A stretch of DNA of 64,000 bases, from NCBI GenBank assembly GCA_050273025.1, contig CP158635.1:32054001-32118000 (forward strand). Reading direction: 5' to 3'. The stretch is from Cenococcum geophilum. Its lineage: Eukaryota. The notes under the pieces are model-generated. The model was not told the origin of the DNA and ran no database searches. It saw only the letters and a program-made list of their open reading frames with translations. Below, in pieces: positions 63,299 to 64,000 of this stretch (position 1 is its first letter; the number at the start of each line of letters is the position of its first letter). The position numbers and the translations under genes are program-made.

Positions 63299-64000
63299 CT
63301 AACCCAACCCTTTGAATGCCATAACACCCTTTCCAGCATTCTTGTCCTTCCCCTTATTCCTCTTCCTTCTCTTCCTTCGCTTCCTGCTTTGTTCCTCCTC
63401 GCTACTCTCCTCGTCTTCATCATCGCTATCTTCTTCATCACTACTCCCAACCACCCTCTTGCCCGTTCCAACATCCTCTCCATCCTCCTCATTAATCTTT
63501 TCATGCCACACCTTGATGGTTTGCCCTCCACCACTGATCATCCTCCCAGTCACATCAAAGCCCAAAGCAACTACTGCCTCCGTCTCATCGTGTCTGAGTT
63601 TCGCGACAACCTTATTTGGTCCCAACTTCACAAAGTTTAGTCCGCCATCTCCCATTCCTACCGCAACCACCTTTCCTCCCAATCCCAGGCCCTCTGGCAA
63701 TAACGCCAGGCTATCCAAGCTCTCCCCACCTCCTGCCCCTCGATCTAGAATAATACGTTCATCTTGATCATCCCACACGCCTCGCTCCCACAGGGTTAGA
63801 ACACCTGTACCGCCACCCACAAGAACTTTCTCGCCCTTGCTGCTACCCCGTGCCGGGAGACCATCAACGAACACGCTACTGAGCAGCTCTTCTTCCTGGT
63901 CTTCACTTCTGACCAACACGCCACGGCGAAGATCGGTGATAGCGAGGGTTGTCCCACCTGTGCTGATCCATTGCTTACTGAATCCACTTGTACTGGTTGG
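63299..64000 (-). CDS. JIP5: WD40-repeat protein JIP5/WDR55, 3' part (5' end outside window)
   Basis: [48 protein letters not shown] followed by an acidic/basic tail ending FKGLG. Confidence 0.8.
   Translation of the reverse strand, partial: PTSTSGFSKQWISTGGTTLAITDLRRGVLVRSEDQEEELLSSVFVDGLPARGSSKGEKVLVGGGTGVLTLWERGVWDDQDERIILDRGAGGGESLDSLALLPEGLGLGGKVVAVGMGDGGLNFVKLGPNKVVAKLRHDETEAVVALGFDVTGRMISGGGQTIKVWHEKINEEDGEDVGTGKRVVGSSDEEDSDDEDEESSEEEQSRKRRKRRKRNKGKDKNAGKGVMAFKGLG

Noticed and set aside
56668..63767. Antisense or overlapping short ORFs over the host genes (e.g. 56668-57111, 59530-60006, 63312-63767)
   Set aside because: Shadow frames of real genes with no recognisable motifs

Overview
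Eukaryotic DNA from a filamentous ascomycete (Pezizomycotina; spliceosomal introns; TpA-rich, CpA/TpG-poor repeats typical of RIP). Intact host genes are ILV1 threonine dehydratase (5341-7164) and, at the right end, an AME1/CENP-U-like kinetochore gene, a twin-CX9C protein, an SRPK-like kinase and a partial JIP5. A RIP-destroyed Helitron lies left of ILV1. Right of ILV1 is one 45-kb nested transposon block (7443-52497): an Academ-like DNA transposon (DUF6589-type transposase plus RecQ-like helicase, with TIRs and a target-site duplication, TSD). Inserted into it are four Gypsy elements, an internally deleted LTR element, a non-autonomous copy of itself and a 528-bp TRIM, each with a readable TSD. 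The most unusual feature is at 53371-55447: an intact, intronless, un-RIPped, bacterial-type two-gene operon (MazG-like nucleotide pyrophosphohydrolase overlapping a GIY-YIG nuclease-DUF2075/Schlafen-group-3-like helicase). Its AUG layout suggests bicistronic translation by leaky scanning. All family assignments are by motif recognition only; no searches were run.
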